Shown: positions 62,976 through 64,000 of the stretch, piece by piece
Layout of the letters: each line of letters starts with the position of its first letter
How positions within the stretch are numbered: position 1 is the stretch's first letter
Assembly: GCA_965208105.1 (NCBI GenBank)
Contig: OZ242318.1
Coordinates: 3,360,001 to 3,424,000, forward strand
From: Candidatus Latescibacterota bacterium
Lineage (GTDB): Bacteria > Latescibacterota > UBA2968 > UBA8231
Length of the DNA: 64,000 nucleotides
Reading direction: 5' to 3'
Translations under genes and position numbers: made by a program
The notes under the pieces: model-generated
Told to the model about the DNA's origin: nothing
Databases searched by the model: none
What the model saw: the letters and a program-made list of their open reading frames with translations, nothing else

Positions 62976-64000
62976 ATGAGCAAAGACAGCGATCGCCGGG
63001 GAGGGTTTGGCCCGATCCTCGACTCTGAAGACGAGTCCATCTTTTCGACTCGCACCAAAGCCCCGGGTCCCCAGGGGAAATTGCCGTTGCAGGCCGAAGA
63101 GGTCGTCAACTCGCCCAGCGGCCATATCTTTGCGTACAGCCAGAACGCCGGCATGGGCTGGAATCCTTCCGAGCTTGGCCGCAGGGAATTCCTGATCCTC
63201 AGTACCCTGGGCGGCCTGCGGGCAGCGGATGGCCGGCCTATCGCCCTGGGCTATCACACGGGCCACTGGGAGGTAGGCCTGCTCGTGGAAGCGGCAGCCG
63301 AGGAGATCCACCGCAGGGGCGGGATTCCCTATGCCGGGTATTGCTCCGATCCCTGCGACGGGCGCACCCAGGGGACGGCCGGCATGTTCGACAGCCTGCC
63401 CTACCGCAACGATGCGGCCACGGTACTGCGTCGCCTCGTCCGCTCCTTGCCGACTCGCAAGGGCGTCATGGGGGTGGGCACATGCGACAAGGGGCTTCCA
63501 GCCGTGATGATCGCCCTGGCCGGGATGCGTGAACTCCCCGTGATCGTGGTGCCCGGCGGAGTTACCCTCCCCCCGGAGCATGGAGAGGATGCGGGCAAGA
63601 TTCAATCCGTGGGCATGCGCCTTGCCCATGGGGAAATGACCCTGGATGAAGTAAACGACCTGGGCTGCCGGGCTTGCGCTACCGCCGGCGGGGGCTGCCA
63701 GTTCCTGGGAACGGCGGCCACTTCCCAGGTTGTGGCCGAGGCCCTGGGGTTGAGCCTTCCCCACTCCGCCCTGGCACCCTCCGGCCAGGCAGTCTGGCTC
63801 GATATGGCGGTTCGGTCCGGACGCGCGCTGATGGAATTGGAGGCTGCAGGCGTTGCTTCCAGCCAGATTTTGACCGATGCCGCGTTTCAAAATGCCATGG
63901 TGGTTCACGCCGCCTTTGGCGGCTCGACCAACCTGGTCCTTCACATTCCGGCGATTGCCCATGCCGCCGGCCGGAGGCGTCCGATGGTGGAGGACTGGGA
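62976..64000 (+). CDS. YjhG/YagF family D-xylonate dehydratase-like protein (3' end outside window)
   Basis: Translated by hand: [51 protein letters not shown]. Confidence 0.88.
   Translation, partial: MSKDSDRRGGFGPILDSEDESIFSTRTKAPGPQGKLPLQAEEVVNSPSGHIFAYSQNAGMGWNPSELGRREFLILSTLGGLRAADGRPIALGYHTGHWEVGLLVEAAAEEIHRRGGIPYAGYCSDPCDGRTQGTAGMFDSLPYRNDAATVLRRLVRSLPTRKGVMGVGTCDKGLPAVMIALAGMRELPVIVVPGGVTLPPEHGEDAGKIQSVGMRLAHGEMTLDEVNDLGCRACATAGGGCQFLGTAATSQVVAEALGLSLPHSALAPSGQAVWLDMAVRSGRALMELEAAGVASSQILTDAAFQNAMVVHAAFGGSTNLVLHIPAIAHAAGRRRPMVEDW

Overview
High-GC bacterial chromosomal window with about 50 genes. The lineage cannot be fixed from sequence; the gene mix (PhyH dioxygenase, ankyrin protein, collagen-like lipoprotein, amidohydrolases, Gfo/Idh/MocA enzymes, futalosine pathway) is compatible with an uncultured Latescibacterota/Gemmatimonadota-like organism, which is inference. 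Contents: a partial sensor kinase, two Amt transporters, an RhlE-like helicase, a lipoprotein/IS630 patch, two RND systems (the CusCBA-like one has a frameshifted cusA), a probable catabolic cluster, a TonB-dependent receptor, prs, hemC and cobA-hemD, a nitrogen cassette (NifA-like activator, amtB, glnK, porin-like gene, glnA), an alternative sigma factor, the menaquinone genes menG-mqnE-mqnC-mqnA-mqnP and a partial YjhG/YagF dehydratase. No rRNA, tRNA or CRISPR array was seen. Strongest leads: (1) a Cys-rich leader ORF followed by an anti-SD stem over the RBS of the metal-efflux operon; (2) a sigma54 activator, a sigma54 promoter and a ~630-nt leader that can pair next to the RBS of an RpoS-like sigma gene; (3) an apparently autoregulated NifA-like activator beside amtB-glnK-glnA; (4) a 168-bp hairpin MITE and an IS630 that all sit in CTAG stop codons; (5) a probable ATC start codon. 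All calls come from reading motifs by eye; no searches were run.
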